NCBI GenBank assembly: GCA_018304425.1 | Contig: JAGVWE010000005.1 | Location: 153,534-217,533 of the forward strand | DNA from: Candidatus Iainarchaeum sp. | GTDB lineage: Archaea; Iainarchaeota; Iainarchaeia; Iainarchaeales; UBA10219 | DNA length: 64,000 nucleotides | Direction of reading: 5' to 3' | Made by a program: the position numbers and the translations under genes | The notes under the pieces: model-generated | The model's input: the letters and a program-made list of their open reading frames with translations, nothing else | Databases searched by the model: none | Told to the model about the DNA's origin: nothing | Part shown: positions 19,299 through 28,952 of the stretch, piece after piece | Layout: each line of letters opens with the position of its first letter | How positions within the stretch are numbered: position 1 is the stretch's first letter

Positions 19299-19523
19299 AT
19301 GGTGCTGGAAGCAGAAGTCAAGCTCAAAAAGTGGGGGAGTTCCATTGGAATGGTCCTGCCGAAGAAGGCCGTGGAAAAGGAGGGGCTCAAGGAGGGCGAG
19401 ACCGTACGGGTGATGATCTTCAAGAAGAGAAACCCGTGGATTGAAAGCTTCGGCACCATGAAATTCTCCAAATCAACCGAGGAAATACTCAAAGAAGTGG
19501 ATGAAGAGGGATGGGATGAGTGA
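19299..19523 (+). CDS. AbrB/MazE-fold antitoxin (VapB)
   Basis: KKWGSSIGMVLPK..GLKEGETV. Confidence 0.88.
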   Translation: MVLEAEVKLKKWGSSIGMVLPKKAVEKEGLKEGETVRVMIFKKRNPWIESFGTMKFSKSTEEILKEVDEEGWDE

Positions 19524-19878
19524 AGGCCGGTATTTCTATGACACGAACGCCATTTGCGAGATACTCAAGGGAAACCCGGCCTATAAGGAGCGTTCGAAAG
19601 CCGGTGGTTCGACCACCCTTTTCAATCTCGCTGAATTGAATTATTCGTTAAAACGCCAGGGCAAGGAGCGAGCTGACGAACAAACAACGGACTATGCTTC
19701 CTGTCTCGTCGATGTCACGGTTGCCGATGTCTTAGAAGCCATGAGCCTCCGCGTCATGCGCCGCGCGTTTTCCGTCCCGGATGCCATCGGCTACGTGGTC
19801 GCCAAGCGGTTAGGCCTCAAGTTCCTCACCGGCGACAAGGAATTCCAGGGCATGGACAACGTGGAATTCGTCAAGTGA
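19516..19878 (+). CDS. PIN-domain toxin (VapC)
   Basis: YDTNA, LAEL, S.PDAIGY, LTGDKEF; overlaps the antitoxin. Confidence 0.9.
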   Translation: MSEGRYFYDTNAICEILKGNPAYKERSKAGGSTTLFNLAELNYSLKRQGKERADEQTTDYASCLVDVTVADVLEAMSLRVMRRAFSVPDAIGYVVAKRLGLKFLTGDKEFQGMDNVEFVK

Positions 19879-19911
19879 AGCCTTAAATACAAGTTGAGAC
19901 ACGGTTTTTTC

Positions 19912-20202
19912 ATGGCATACAAACTGCCTGGCAAACCCTGGGGCCACGCCCCCTGGAAGCAGCGCAAGAACCAGGGCATGGAAGGCCGGCGAGTACGCAA
20001 GTTGGAGGACAACGAAGCCCGCGCCGCCAGGGATTCGGCGGAAAGGCGGAGGGCCCAGCAGAGCCTCCTCCACGGGCTGTCGCCCGAGCATAAACGCGCG
20101 CTCCTCGCCGAATTGTTTGCGAACGGCCTCAAGCCCAGGGACCAGCGCAGGCCCCAAACCGAAATCGTGGCCGCCTATAAAGCAAGTCACGGGCTCCGCT
20201 AA
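19912..20202 (+). CDS. Small basic hypothetical protein
   Basis: ATG 22 nt after TTAAATA; 96-aa Arg/Lys-rich ORF fills the gap. Confidence 0.6.
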   Translation: MAYKLPGKPWGHAPWKQRKNQGMEGRRVRKLEDNEARAARDSAERRRAQQSLLHGLSPEHKRALLAELFANGLKPRDQRRPQTEIVAAYKASHGLR

Positions 20203-20244
20203 AGAAACCCTTAAATAGCCCTTTCGCCTAATGATTGCGGGGTA

Positions 20245-21039
20245 ATGGGTTTGATTGTCAGCCTGATGGCCGGAGTTTTCGAGTTGGTGAAGCGGCCGAC
20301 CGCGGTGTTGCCGGCCCTGGTGGCGGCCTTGTTCCAGACCGGGCTCTTCCTGCTGGCCTGGGAGCCCCTGTTCTCGTTGTTGTTCGAGTTGGGGCCCGGC
20401 GCAGGCATGCCGCGGGGCAGCCTCCTGGAATTGCCTTTCCTGTTGCTGGTTCGGTTCCCCAACGAAATCTCGGTGGCCGTGCTGCTTGCCTTTTTCTCCC
20501 TGGCCGCAGGCAACTGGCTGGTGTTCTCCTACAGCTACCTGTTCCGGAAAGAAAAGCCCCTGGGAACCCTGAAAGCCATGGCCGCTGCCTTGAAGGACTT
20601 CAAGCAAATCCTGGGCCTCACGGTTTTCCTGTTCGCGCTCGGCGTGGTGTTCCTGGCGTTCACCCTCGTCCTGGCCCTGGCCCTGAAACCGCTCGCCGAA
20701 ATCGGCGCAATCCTGTTGCTGGCCTGGCTGGTGCTCGGCTACTACGCTTACCTCAAGCTGTCGTTCACGCCCATCGCCATGCCCTTTGAAGGCGTGAAAC
20801 TCAGGGAAGCCCTGAAGCGGAGCTGGCGCTTTACCCGCGGAAAAATCCCCGCCCTCCTCCTGCTCGGCATCGTGTTGTCGCTGGTTACCTCGCTTTTGTC
20901 CAACGCCGGCAGCCTGGCCTCCGACTTCGTCGAAGAAGAAACCGCCAGCTTCCTCGCCCTCGCCTTCTTCCTCGCCCTGGGAACCGCCTACGCCAACATT
21001 GTGCTCGTCAAGTACTGGCTGGTGGGGCGGGAAAAATAG
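20245..21039 (+). CDS. Hypothetical membrane protein (about 6 TM)
   Basis: Hydrophobic helices and an ALKRSWRFTRG motif common in archaeal membrane proteins. Confidence 0.75.
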   Translation: MGLIVSLMAGVFELVKRPTAVLPALVAALFQTGLFLLAWEPLFSLLFELGPGAGMPRGSLLELPFLLLVRFPNEISVAVLLAFFSLAAGNWLVFSYSYLFRKEKPLGTLKAMAAALKDFKQILGLTVFLFALGVVFLAFTLVLALALKPLAEIGAILLLAWLVLGYYAYLKLSFTPIAMPFEGVKLREALKRSWRFTRGKIPALLLLGIVLSLVTSLLSNAGSLASDFVEEETASFLALAFFLALGTAYANIVLVKYWLVGREK

Positions 21040-21150
21040 ATGCCTGAAAAACCGGTCCCACGCAGGAAAAGCGCCTGGAAACTCATCCGCCGAGCCACTT
21101 ACAAAGGGCCAGCCACGGACTGCGTGAGGGAAGTGGACACAACCCTATAA
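21040..21150 (+). CDS. Possible 36-aa basic peptide MPEKPVPRRKSAWKLIRRATYKGPATDCVREVDTTL
   Basis: ATG directly follows the upstream stop codon; no other support. Confidence 0.25.
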   Translation: MPEKPVPRRKSAWKLIRRATYKGPATDCVREVDTTL

Positions 21151-21267
21151 GCGGCTCGCACCGTTTGCAAGCCCCTGTGCGCGGCTGAAAGGCCTTGGAA
21201 AAGGGTTTATTAATCCCTTCAGCGTTAATCCATTGAATTCTGTTTAGGCAAGGGGACTGGGTTGGAA

Positions 21268-24200
21268 ATGATTCGCATCGCGCGCCTCCGTTTGAAGAAC
21301 TTCAAGAGCTTCCGCAAGGCCAACATCCCCTTTCACGAGGGCTTCACCTGCATTGCGGGCAGCAATGCCAGCGGCAAGTGCGTGGTGGGGGACACGAAAG
21401 TCTACCTGTCGGACGGCTCCGCCAAACGCATCGACGAGTTGGTTGAAGCGGCGCTCGCGAAGTCGCAGCAGCCAGAGAAAATGGAGGACGGGTGCTTCAC
21501 CCTCGCCAACCCGGAAAACGTCGAGGTCGCATGCCTTAACACGTGCTCGCTGAAAATGGAGCCCATGCCCGTGCGCTCGTTCATCAAGCGCACGAGCCCC
21601 GCCACGCTCCTGAAACTCACGACGAAAAGCGGGCGCAGCGTCACGGCCACGGCCTACCACCCGGTCTACTCGCTGCAGGACGGAAAGCTCAAGGCATTGC
21701 AGGCCGGCGAACTGAAGGCCGGCACGCGCATCGCGGTGCCGCGGCGCCTCGTCAAGGAAACGCCGGACGGTTTTTTCCGGGAGCTGATTGAAGCGGTCGC
21801 CGAGGAAGACAACCTGTATGCGCCGAATTACGGAGAGTACCGCGAGATTGCGCGCAAGTGGCTGAAGGAAAACGGCCTGACGCAGAAAGCGGGGGCGGCG
21901 CGCACCGGCATCCCTTACCTGGCCTTGAAGTCGTTGCTGGACGGCCAGGCCATGAAGCTGGCATACTTGTTCAGGTTGCTGAAGGCCGCAGGCCACGAAG
22001 CAAAAGAAATAGCCTGCCTGGTTCCGATGGCAAAGGGCAAGACCGGCGCGAAGGAAGTGGTCATTCCCTGGCATAACTCCAAGAAATTCGCGCGGCTGCT
22101 GGGGTACTTGTTCGCGGAAGGCCGGAACTCGACGAACAACCAGGTGTGGTTCACCAACGGCACGCCAGAAATCGTGGAAGACTATGCGAGCCTGTGCCGG
22201 CAGACCCTGGGCATCGAACCATTCGTGAAAAAATACAAGCCGAACGCCTGGGACGCCATCCTGTTCTCGAACCCCGCCAGCCTGTTCCTGGACAAGTTCG
22301 GGTTATGCAGGGGCAAACGCACGAAGCACAAGCGGTTGAACGAATTTTTCATCAGGCACGCGTCGCCTGAAGAGCTGGCGGAGTTCCTGAACGGCTTGTA
22401 TTGCGGCGACGGTTACGTGACTGGCAACACCGTTGAGCTGACCAGCGCGAGCCGGGAGCTGGCTTTAAGCGTGCAACGCCTCCTGCTGATGCTGGACATT
22501 CCGGGGCGCCTCAAGCAGCGCACCAAGCATGCGACCAACACGGGCCGGAGCGGCATCTATTGGAGTGTGAGCGTATTCGGCCAGGAAAACCTCCGGAAAT
22601 TCAACGAGAAAATCCGGCTCGTGCACGAGGCGAAGCGACGAACGCTGGAAAGCGCGGTTGCCGAGCCGCGACGGATCCATTCCAATGTGGACCTCATTCC
22701 GGGGTTGCAAGGCGTTATCCGAGAAACCTGCCAGGTGCTGGGTTCGCACCCCATGCGCAAAACCGACCGCTATCCGAAGCTCCAAGCCTATGCGAGGAAC
22801 CTGTGCGAGGTCAGCCGGCACGGCCTGCAGGAGGTCATCGAAAGGGAGTTCGCTCCCTTGGCGGTCGCGTCCCCGGAGAAGCTGGCCGGCCTCCGGCTGC
22901 TGGCGGAATCGGATGTTCTGTGGGACGAAATCGTGTCCATTGAAGCCTTGGAATCGGCGGAAGAATGGGTGTACGACCTGTGCATCGACGAGCACCACAA
23001 CTTCGTGGCCGACAATGTGTTCGTGCACAACAGCAACATCCTGGACTCCATCCTGTTCGCCTTGGGCGCCACGAGCCTCAAGATGCTGCGGGCCTCGCGG
23101 TTGACCGACCTGGTGAACCATGACGCGGACGAGGACTATGCGAAGGCCGAGCTGGTGCTGAATGAGAACGGCCAGGAAATCGAGGTCAAGCGGCTGATTG
23201 ACAAGAAGGGGCGCGGCGCGGTCAAGCTGAACGGGAAGAAGAAGAGCCTGGATGAGGTCACGGCCTACCTCGAGGAGCTGGGCCTACGGGCCAGCGGCCA
23301 CAACATCGTTGTCCAGGGAGACATAACCAAAATCATCGAGATGAACCCCAAGGAGCGGCGACAAATCATTGACCGGGTCGCGGGCCTCCAGGAGTTCGAG
23401 GAAAAAAAGGAGGAAGCGCTCAAGAAGCTGGAGAAGGTCGAGCAGAAGGTGCGCGAGGTCGGCATCGTCTTGAAGGAACGCGAGCTGTACCTGGGGGAAC
23501 TGGAAAAAGAGCGGGCGCTGGCCCTGAAGTTCGAGCAACTCAACACCGAGTTGAAGCAGTCGAAGGCCACGATTTTGGCGCTGGAGATAAAGAAGGTCAA
23601 GGCCGAGTTGGCGAGCGCGGAAAAAAAGCGGGAGAGCCTGCAGAAGCAGATTGACCGCCTGGCCAGGGAAAAAGAGGGGTTGGCCGAGGAGGGCCGCAAG
23701 GCAGGGGAAAAATTGGAGGAACTGACCCGGAAACTCTTGGAGGCCAGCCAGAAGACCTATTCCGGCATCGGCCGCGAAATCGAGGAAAAAAAGGCGGAAG
23801 CCCGCGTCCTCCGCGAGCGACTGGCGGGTTTGAACCAGCGCCTGCAACAGGATTCCCTGGCCCTCCAGCAACGGGTGGACCAGGCCAAGAACCTGGCCAA
23901 GACCGCGGGCGAGCGGGAGCGGGAACTGCACACCGCGCGGGACAAGCTTCAGGGACTCAGCGAGTCGCTCAAGCAATTGCAGGGCCTGATTGAAGCCAAG
24001 TCCAAGACGGTTTCCGCCAAGAGCGGGGCGTTGAAGGCCAAGGAAGGCCAGATCGAGGGGTTGAAGGCGAGGGCCTTGGAGCACAAGGAGGCCTTGATGG
24101 GCACGCACGGCGAAATCGCGTGGGCCGAGAACCTCCTGGCCTCGCGGGAGCACTCCATTGAGGCCGTGGAAAAGGAGAACGCGGCGTTGCACAAGAAGCT

Positions 24201-25959
24201 GGAGGAGAAGGGCGAGCTGTTGAAGCGGCTCCGGGAACTCGAGAAACGCAAGGACCACGAGCAGGCCTTGTTGAAGAAGGAAGCCGAGCTGGAGAAGGCC
24301 TTGGAGGACATCAGTTACTCGAAGAACCGCATCGAGGGCCTCCACGAGGAGATGGCGGCCCTGCAGAAGGCGAAAACCTCTTGCCCGGTCTGCGAGAACG
24401 AGTTGACCGGGGAGCGGAAGGACAAGTTGCGCGCGAAAAAGGAGCGCGAGAAGGACGAGTTCGAGGCCCGCATCCAGGAAAAGCACGCCTTGCGCGTGGA
24501 AATCGCGCGCGAGAAGGACGAGTTGCGGCACACCCTCAACGAGATAATCAAGTTGCGCGCCCAGCTCGAGGACGTGGACGAGCTGAAGAAGAAGCTGGAG
24601 GACAACCGCAAGCGCGTGCTGGAGTTGACCGCGGAATTGAAGAAGGTGGACTTGCCGGGCCTCAAGGCCAGGGAAAAAGAGCAGCAGCACGAGCTCGAGC
24701 GCGTGGAACGCGAGTGCTCGCTGGCCGTGAAGGGCCTGGAGAACATGCAGGAATCCGCGGAGAACCTGGCGTTCAACCAGTTGATGGAGAAATTCAACGA
24801 AGCCAACGCCGAGCACGCGGAGCGGCAGGAGCGGTTGCTCAAGCTGGAAAGCGAGTTGAACAATGCCAGGGAGGCCAGGGAGCGGCTGGGCGGCGAGGCC
24901 AAGGCCCTGGAAGGCCAGGTAAAGGGGTTCGGCGAGCAGCGGATGGAGAACGAGCGCGCCCTCCAAGGCATTGAAGGGGAACTGGCGGAGAAGCAGCTGG
25001 AAATGGAGAAGTCCCGGCAGGAAACCGGGTTGATGGAGCAGGAAAAGCAGCGGGTGTCCGCGCGGGTGCACGCGGTGGCCGGCGAGAAAGGCGAACTAGA
25101 GGGAAGGATTTCCGGGCTGGAACGGGAACTCAACGAGTTCAATCTCGAGCAGTCGCGGAACGAGGTCCGAATCGTCGACCTGGAAGAGGAATTCAAGCCC
25201 TTCGCGTCCATCGAATTGCTGAAGGAAGCCGAGCTGCCCGCCCTGCGGAGCCGCCTGCCGAAAATCGAGGCCGAACTCGACAAAATCGGGGCGGTCAACA
25301 TGAAGGCCATCCAGAGCTATGAAGACTACAAGAAGGAAGTCGAGGACGTGCGTGGCAAGGCGGCCGTGCTCGAAGGGGAGCGGAAGGCCGTGCTGGAAAT
25401 GATTGACAAGATCGAGGTCAAGAAACTCAACGTGTTCATGGAGTGCTTCAACAAGGTCAGCTATTTCTTCGGCGAACTCTACAAGAGCGTCTTCCAGAAG
25501 GAGGGAAGGCTGGGCTTGTCCGATGCCGTGAACCCCTTGGCAGGCGGCCTCCTGATCCAGGCCAAGTACAAGGAAGACAAGATGAAGAGCCTGGACGAGA
25601 TGTCGGGCGGGGAAAAGTCGTTGACGGCGTTGGCGTTCCTGTTCGCCATCCAGCAATACCAGCCCTCGCCCTTCTATATCTTTGACGAGATTGACGCGGC
25701 CCTGGACAAGGAGAACTCGGTGCGTGTGGGCCTGATGATCCAGCAGGTGGCCCGGAAAAGCCAGGTCATCAGCATCACGCACAATGATGCAGTCATCAAG
25801 CTGGCCGACCAGCTCATCGGCGTGGCCCTGAACAAGCAGAAGAGCAGCGTGGTGGGGTTGAAGCTCAAGGGCGTGCTTTCGGCCGGTGGGGTCTTGGGCG
25901 GCGGGGAGAAACCCGACGAGGTCAGCGACGAGGAAGGCGCGGAAGAGCTCTCCGCGTAG
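21268..25959 (+). CDS. smc: Smc-family ATPase (intein-containing) with a central CPVC zinc hook
   Basis: NFKSF, GSNASGK/SNILD, LRASRLTDLV, Q-loop VVQGDI, GAVNMKAI, MSGGEKS, FYIFDEIDAALD, ITH. Confidence 0.9.
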   Translation: MIRIARLRLKNFKSFRKANIPFHEGFTCIAGSNASGKCVVGDTKVYLSDGSAKRIDELVEAALAKSQQPEKMEDGCFTLANPENVEVACLNTCSLKMEPMPVRSFIKRTSPATLLKLTTKSGRSVTATAYHPVYSLQDGKLKALQAGELKAGTRIAVPRRLVKETPDGFFRELIEAVAEEDNLYAPNYGEYREIARKWLKENGLTQKAGAARTGIPYLALKSLLDGQAMKLAYLFRLLKAAGHEAKEIACLVPMAKGKTGAKEVVIPWHNSKKFARLLGYLFAEGRNSTNNQVWFTNGTPEIVEDYASLCRQTLGIEPFVKKYKPNAWDAILFSNPASLFLDKFGLCRGKRTKHKRLNEFFIRHASPEELAEFLNGLYCGDGYVTGNTVELTSASRELALSVQRLLLMLDIPGRLKQRTKHATNTGRSGIYWSVSVFGQENLRKFNEKIRLVHEAKRRTLESAVAEPRRIHSNVDLIPGLQGVIRETCQVLGSHPMRKTDRYPKLQAYARNLCEVSRHGLQEVIEREFAPLAVASPEKLAGLRLLAESDVLWDEIVSIEALESAEEWVYDLCIDEHHNFVADNVFVHNSNILDSILFALGATSLKMLRASRLTDLVNHDADEDYAKAELVLNENGQEIEVKRLIDKKGRGAVKLNGKKKSLDEVTAYLEELGLRASGHNIVVQGDITKIIEMNPKERRQIIDRVAGLQEFEEKKEEALKKLEKVEQKVREVGIVLKERELYLGELEKERALALKFEQLNTELKQSKATILALEIKKVKAELASAEKKRESLQKQIDRLAREKEGLAEEGRKAGEKLEELTRKLLEASQKTYSGIGREIEEKKAEARVLRERLAGLNQRLQQDSLALQQRVDQAKNLAKTAGERERELHTARDKLQGLSESLKQLQGLIEAKSKTVSAKSGALKAKEGQIEGLKARALEHKEALMGTHGEIAWAENLLASREHSIEAVEKENAALHKKLEEKGELLKRLRELEKRKDHEQALLKKEAELEKALEDISYSKNRIEGLHEEMAALQKAKTSCPVCENELTGERKDKLRAKKEREKDEFEARIQEKHALRVEIAREKDELRHTLNEIIKLRAQLEDVDELKKKLEDNRKRVLELTAELKKVDLPGLKAREKEQQHELERVERECSLAVKGLENMQESAENLAFNQLMEKFNEANAEHAERQERLLKLESELNNAREARERLGGEAKALEGQVKGFGEQRMENERALQGIEGELAEKQLEMEKSRQETGLMEQEKQRVSARVHAVAGEKGELEGRISGLERELNEFNLEQSRNEVRIVDLEEEFKPFASIELLKEAELPALRSRLPKIEAELDKIGAVNMKAIQSYEDYKKEVEDVRGKAAVLEGERKAVLEMIDKIEVKKLNVFMECFNKVSYFFGELYKSVFQKEGRLGLSDAVNPLAGGLLIQAKYKEDKMKSLDEMSGGEKSLTALAFLFAIQQYQPSPFYIFDEIDAALDKENSVRVGLMIQQVARKSQVISITHNDAVIKLADQLIGVALNKQKSSVVGLKLKGVLSAGGVLGGGEKPDEVSDEEGAEELSA
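21379..23031 (+). mobile_element. Intein (551 aa) with LAGLIDADG homing endonuclease in the Smc Walker A
   Basis: Starts CVVGDT, block B TATAYHP, LLGYLFAEG and FLNGLYCGDG, ends VYDL..HNFVAD.VFVHN followed by Ser. Confidence 0.95.
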
Positions 25960-26049
25960 GCCAGGCACAAGGTATAAATACCTTTCCCAAGTCAATTTTG
26001 GAATGAATGGCCCGATTTGGGTCGTTAAAGCTATTTTGGAGGGGTTGGA

Positions 26050-28098
26050 TTGGAATTGATTTTGCTCGTGTTCGCAATCAGCGTGCTATCCGTCGGGTTC
26101 GCGGGGTATCTCGCCAATTACGTCCTGAAGAAGGACACGGGGACCCCGAAAATGCGGGAAATCAGCAACGCCATCATGGAGGGCGCGAACGCCTTCCTCA
26201 AAAGGCAGTACAAGACCATCGCGGTCATCTGCGTGGTGCTTGCGGTCCTGATCATGGGCGCCTATGCCTTGACCGGCAAGGTCGACTTCGGCCTCAAGAC
26301 CGCGGTTGCCTTCGTGTTCGGGGCCTTTTGCTCCGCGCTGTCGGGTTACATCGGCATGTGGATTTCCATCCGCGCCAACATCCGCGCGGCCTCCGGCGCG
26401 CAGCGCAGCCTCAACGAGGCGTTGACCATTGCCTTGCGCGGCGGAGCGGTGTCCGGCATCATCATCGTGGCCTTGTCCTTGCTGGGCGTGAGCGCACTCT
26501 ATTACTTCTACGGGCTCTCCGCGCCCCTCACGGAAGTGCCTTTCCTGATCGTGGGCTTTGGATTTGGGGCCAGCTTCGTGGCCTTGTTCGCGCAACTCGG
26601 CGGCGGCATTTACACGAAAGCGGCTGACGTCGGCGCGGACCTGGTCGGAAAAGTCGAAGCCGGCATCCCGGAAGACGACCCCAGGAACCCCGCCGTCATC
26701 GCGGACCTCGTCGGAGACAACGTCGGCGACTGCGCGGGAAGGGGGGCCGACTTGTTTGAAAGCACGGCCGCCGAAAACATCGGGGCCATGATCCTTGGAG
26801 TGGCCTTGTTTCCCGTGTTCGGCGTGAACGGCATCGTGTTCCCCCTAGTGGCAAGGGCCTTCGGCTTGATCGCCTCCATTATCGGGATCATGGCCGTGAA
26901 GGCCAGGGAAGACGAGGACCCCATGAACGCCTTGAACCGCGGCTATCTGATTACCTCGGTGCTGGCCGCCATTGCCTTCTACATCGCCACCCAGTGGCTG
27001 TTGGGCAACATCCTGTTCTTCTACGCCGGCCTCGTAGGCATCCTGGCCAGCATTGCCTTCGTCTACATCACCATCTACTACACGGACCAAAAGTATGGGC
27101 CCGTTAAGTCGATTGCGGAGGCCTCGAAGACCGGGCACGCGACCAACATCATCGCGGGATTTGGGGTGGGACTCGAATGCGTGGCGGCACCGGTCATCGT
27201 CTTGAGCGCGGCCCTCATGGGCTCGTTCATGATTGGCGAGCTGTCCGGGTATGCGAACGGCGGCTTATACGGAACGGCCATCGCGACCATGGGCATGCTT
27301 TCAACGGCTGCCTTCGTCTTGGCCATGGACACTTTCGGCCCCATCACGGACAACGCCGGGGGAATCGTGGAGATGAGCAAGAGCCCGGAAAAAGTCCGGA
27401 AGATCACGGACCGGCTGGACGCGGTCGGCAACACCACCAAGGCCCTGACGAAGGGCTACGCGGTGGGCTCGGCCGGCCTCGCGGCGTTCCTGTTGTTCAC
27501 GGCCTACATGGATGAAGTCACGAAACTGGTGGGGCACCCCATGACGGTGAATCTCGCCAAAGTGGACGTGTTCGTGGGCGGGTTGCTGGGCGCCATGCTG
27601 GTGTTCCTGTTCAGCAGCTACGCCATCAAGGCCGTTGGAAAGACCGCGGGCAGCGTCATCGAGGAAGTCCGGAGGCAGTTCAGGGAAATCCCCGGCCTCA
27701 TGAAGGGAAAAGCCAAGCCCGACTACGCGAAATGCGTGGACATCTGCACCACGGCCGCCTTGAAGGAAATGGTGTTGCCAGGGCTTCTCGTGGTTTTCAT
27801 GACCCTGGCCGTAGGCTATGTCCTCAAAGCCGAGGCCGCGGCGGCTTTCCTGATGGTGGGAACCATGAGCGGAATCCTCATGGCCTTGCTGCTCAACACG
27901 GGTGGAGGCGCCTGGGACAACGCCAAGAAATACATTGAAACCGGTGCCTTTGGCGGCAAGGGAAGCGAAGCCCACAAGGCCGCCGTAACCGGGGACACGG
28001 TGGGGGATCCCTTCAAGGACACGGCAGGCCCGAGCCTGCACGTGTTAATCAAGCTCTTGGGAACCCTTACCCTGGTGCTCGCGCCCCTATTCATATAG
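26050..28098 (+). CDS. hppA: Membrane-bound H+-translocating pyrophosphatase, K+-independent type
   Basis: GGGIYTKAADVGADLVGKVEAGIPEDDPRNP, DNVGD, GNTTKA (Lys at the K+-dependence site), GDTVGDPFKD. Confidence 0.95.
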   Translation: MELILLVFAISVLSVGFAGYLANYVLKKDTGTPKMREISNAIMEGANAFLKRQYKTIAVICVVLAVLIMGAYALTGKVDFGLKTAVAFVFGAFCSALSGYIGMWISIRANIRAASGAQRSLNEALTIALRGGAVSGIIIVALSLLGVSALYYFYGLSAPLTEVPFLIVGFGFGASFVALFAQLGGGIYTKAADVGADLVGKVEAGIPEDDPRNPAVIADLVGDNVGDCAGRGADLFESTAAENIGAMILGVALFPVFGVNGIVFPLVARAFGLIASIIGIMAVKAREDEDPMNALNRGYLITSVLAAIAFYIATQWLLGNILFFYAGLVGILASIAFVYITIYYTDQKYGPVKSIAEASKTGHATNIIAGFGVGLECVAAPVIVLSAALMGSFMIGELSGYANGGLYGTAIATMGMLSTAAFVLAMDTFGPITDNAGGIVEMSKSPEKVRKITDRLDAVGNTTKALTKGYAVGSAGLAAFLLFTAYMDEVTKLVGHPMTVNLAKVDVFVGGLLGAMLVFLFSSYAIKAVGKTAGSVIEEVRRQFREIPGLMKGKAKPDYAKCVDICTTAALKEMVLPGLLVVFMTLAVGYVLKAEAAAAFLMVGTMSGILMALLLNTGGGAWDNAKKYIETGAFGGKGSEAHKAAVTGDTVGDPFKDTAGPSLHVLIKLLGTLTLVLAPLFI

Positions 28099-28110
28099 TG
28101 GCGCGCACCC

Positions 28111-28141
28111 CCTCCTTTTTCCCTCTTCTTTTTATTTCTTT
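28111..28141 (+). terminator. Pyrimidine/U-rich terminator after hppA
   Basis: CCTCCTTTTTCCCTCTTCTTTTTATTTCTTT downstream of the stop codon. Confidence 0.5.
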
Positions 28142-28173
28142 GGCCCCCCCTACAATTACGTCGGTGCAGCTTC

Positions 28174-28944
28174 ATGGAAGAAAAACAACGCTCCTTGCTC
28201 GTCATCCTGATTGCGGCCCTGATTTTCGGGTTGGGCGCCTTCTCCGGCCCCACGTTCTTGGGCCTCTTGTCGGGCGAAAACGGTTTGGGGAGTCCGGGCC
28301 TGCCAGCCATCCAGTCCAGCGGGCAGACCGCCAGCATCAACATCGTGGCGGTAACCAGCCAGGGCGGCGGAGAGGTGTCCAAGGGAGTCGTCGAGTTGGT
28401 GCCGGGAAAGGGCCGCGTGTTAATCAACACCAACCCCTTTGTGGAACCGGACACGCAGTACTCGTTTGAGACCGCTGCCCAGGTAGCCGAAGGGGTCACG
28501 GGAAAGAGCTTGAAGAACGTGGACATCATTTTCACGGTCGAAGAATCCAAGGCCAAGCTGGTGGGCGGTCCCTCCGCAGGCGCGGCCTTCACCGTGGCCA
28601 CCATCGCGGCCGTGGAAGGCCGGAAAGTGCGGACCGATGCCGCCATCACGGGAACCATGGACAAGACCGGCCGGATCGGCCCCATCGGCGGCGTGCTCGA
28701 GAAAATGGTGGCCTTCGGCGAACTCGGCGGCAAACTCTTCCTGGTACCCAAGGGACAGGGCACCGTCAACTACCTGGTCGAGGAACCGGCCGGCGAGGGA
28801 AGGCAGGGGCCCTACCTCATCAAGCGGTTCCGCATGACGCAAAAGGCCCTGAAACTCGATGACTACGCCAAGGAACATTTCGAGGGAATGAAGGTAGTGG
28901 AAGTAGCGCACGTCGATGAAGCCCTGGCGCTGCTGGTACAATAG
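28174..28944 (+). CDS. Lon-type (S16) protease domain protein with N-terminal TM anchor, no ATPase
   Basis: GGPSAGAA (catalytic Ser), ITGT, IGGVLEK (catalytic Lys). Confidence 0.88.
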   Translation: MEEKQRSLLVILIAALIFGLGAFSGPTFLGLLSGENGLGSPGLPAIQSSGQTASINIVAVTSQGGGEVSKGVVELVPGKGRVLINTNPFVEPDTQYSFETAAQVAEGVTGKSLKNVDIIFTVEESKAKLVGGPSAGAAFTVATIAAVEGRKVRTDAAITGTMDKTGRIGPIGGVLEKMVAFGELGGKLFLVPKGQGTVNYLVEEPAGEGRQGPYLIKRFRMTQKALKLDDYAKEHFEGMKVVEVAHVDEALALLVQ

Positions 28945-28952
28945 GTCACGCG

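Noticed and set aside
19228-19300. Inverted repeats upstream of vapBC (GACGTAAT/ATTACCGTC, ATAGACG/CGTCTAT)
   Set aside because: Short and imperfect; at most an ordinary toxin-antitoxin operator.
23284-25071. Long antisense and alternate-frame ORFs (also 29391-31073, 50420-52066, 10897-12339 and others)
   Set aside because: They are shadows of GC3-biased genes on the opposite strand and carry no recognisable motifs.
21268-25959. Calling the SMC-family gene rad50
   Set aside because: Head motifs (GAVNMKAI, DEIDAALD, LFAIQ..PSPFY) are Smc-type rather than Rad50-type (DEPT), and no mre11 is adjacent.
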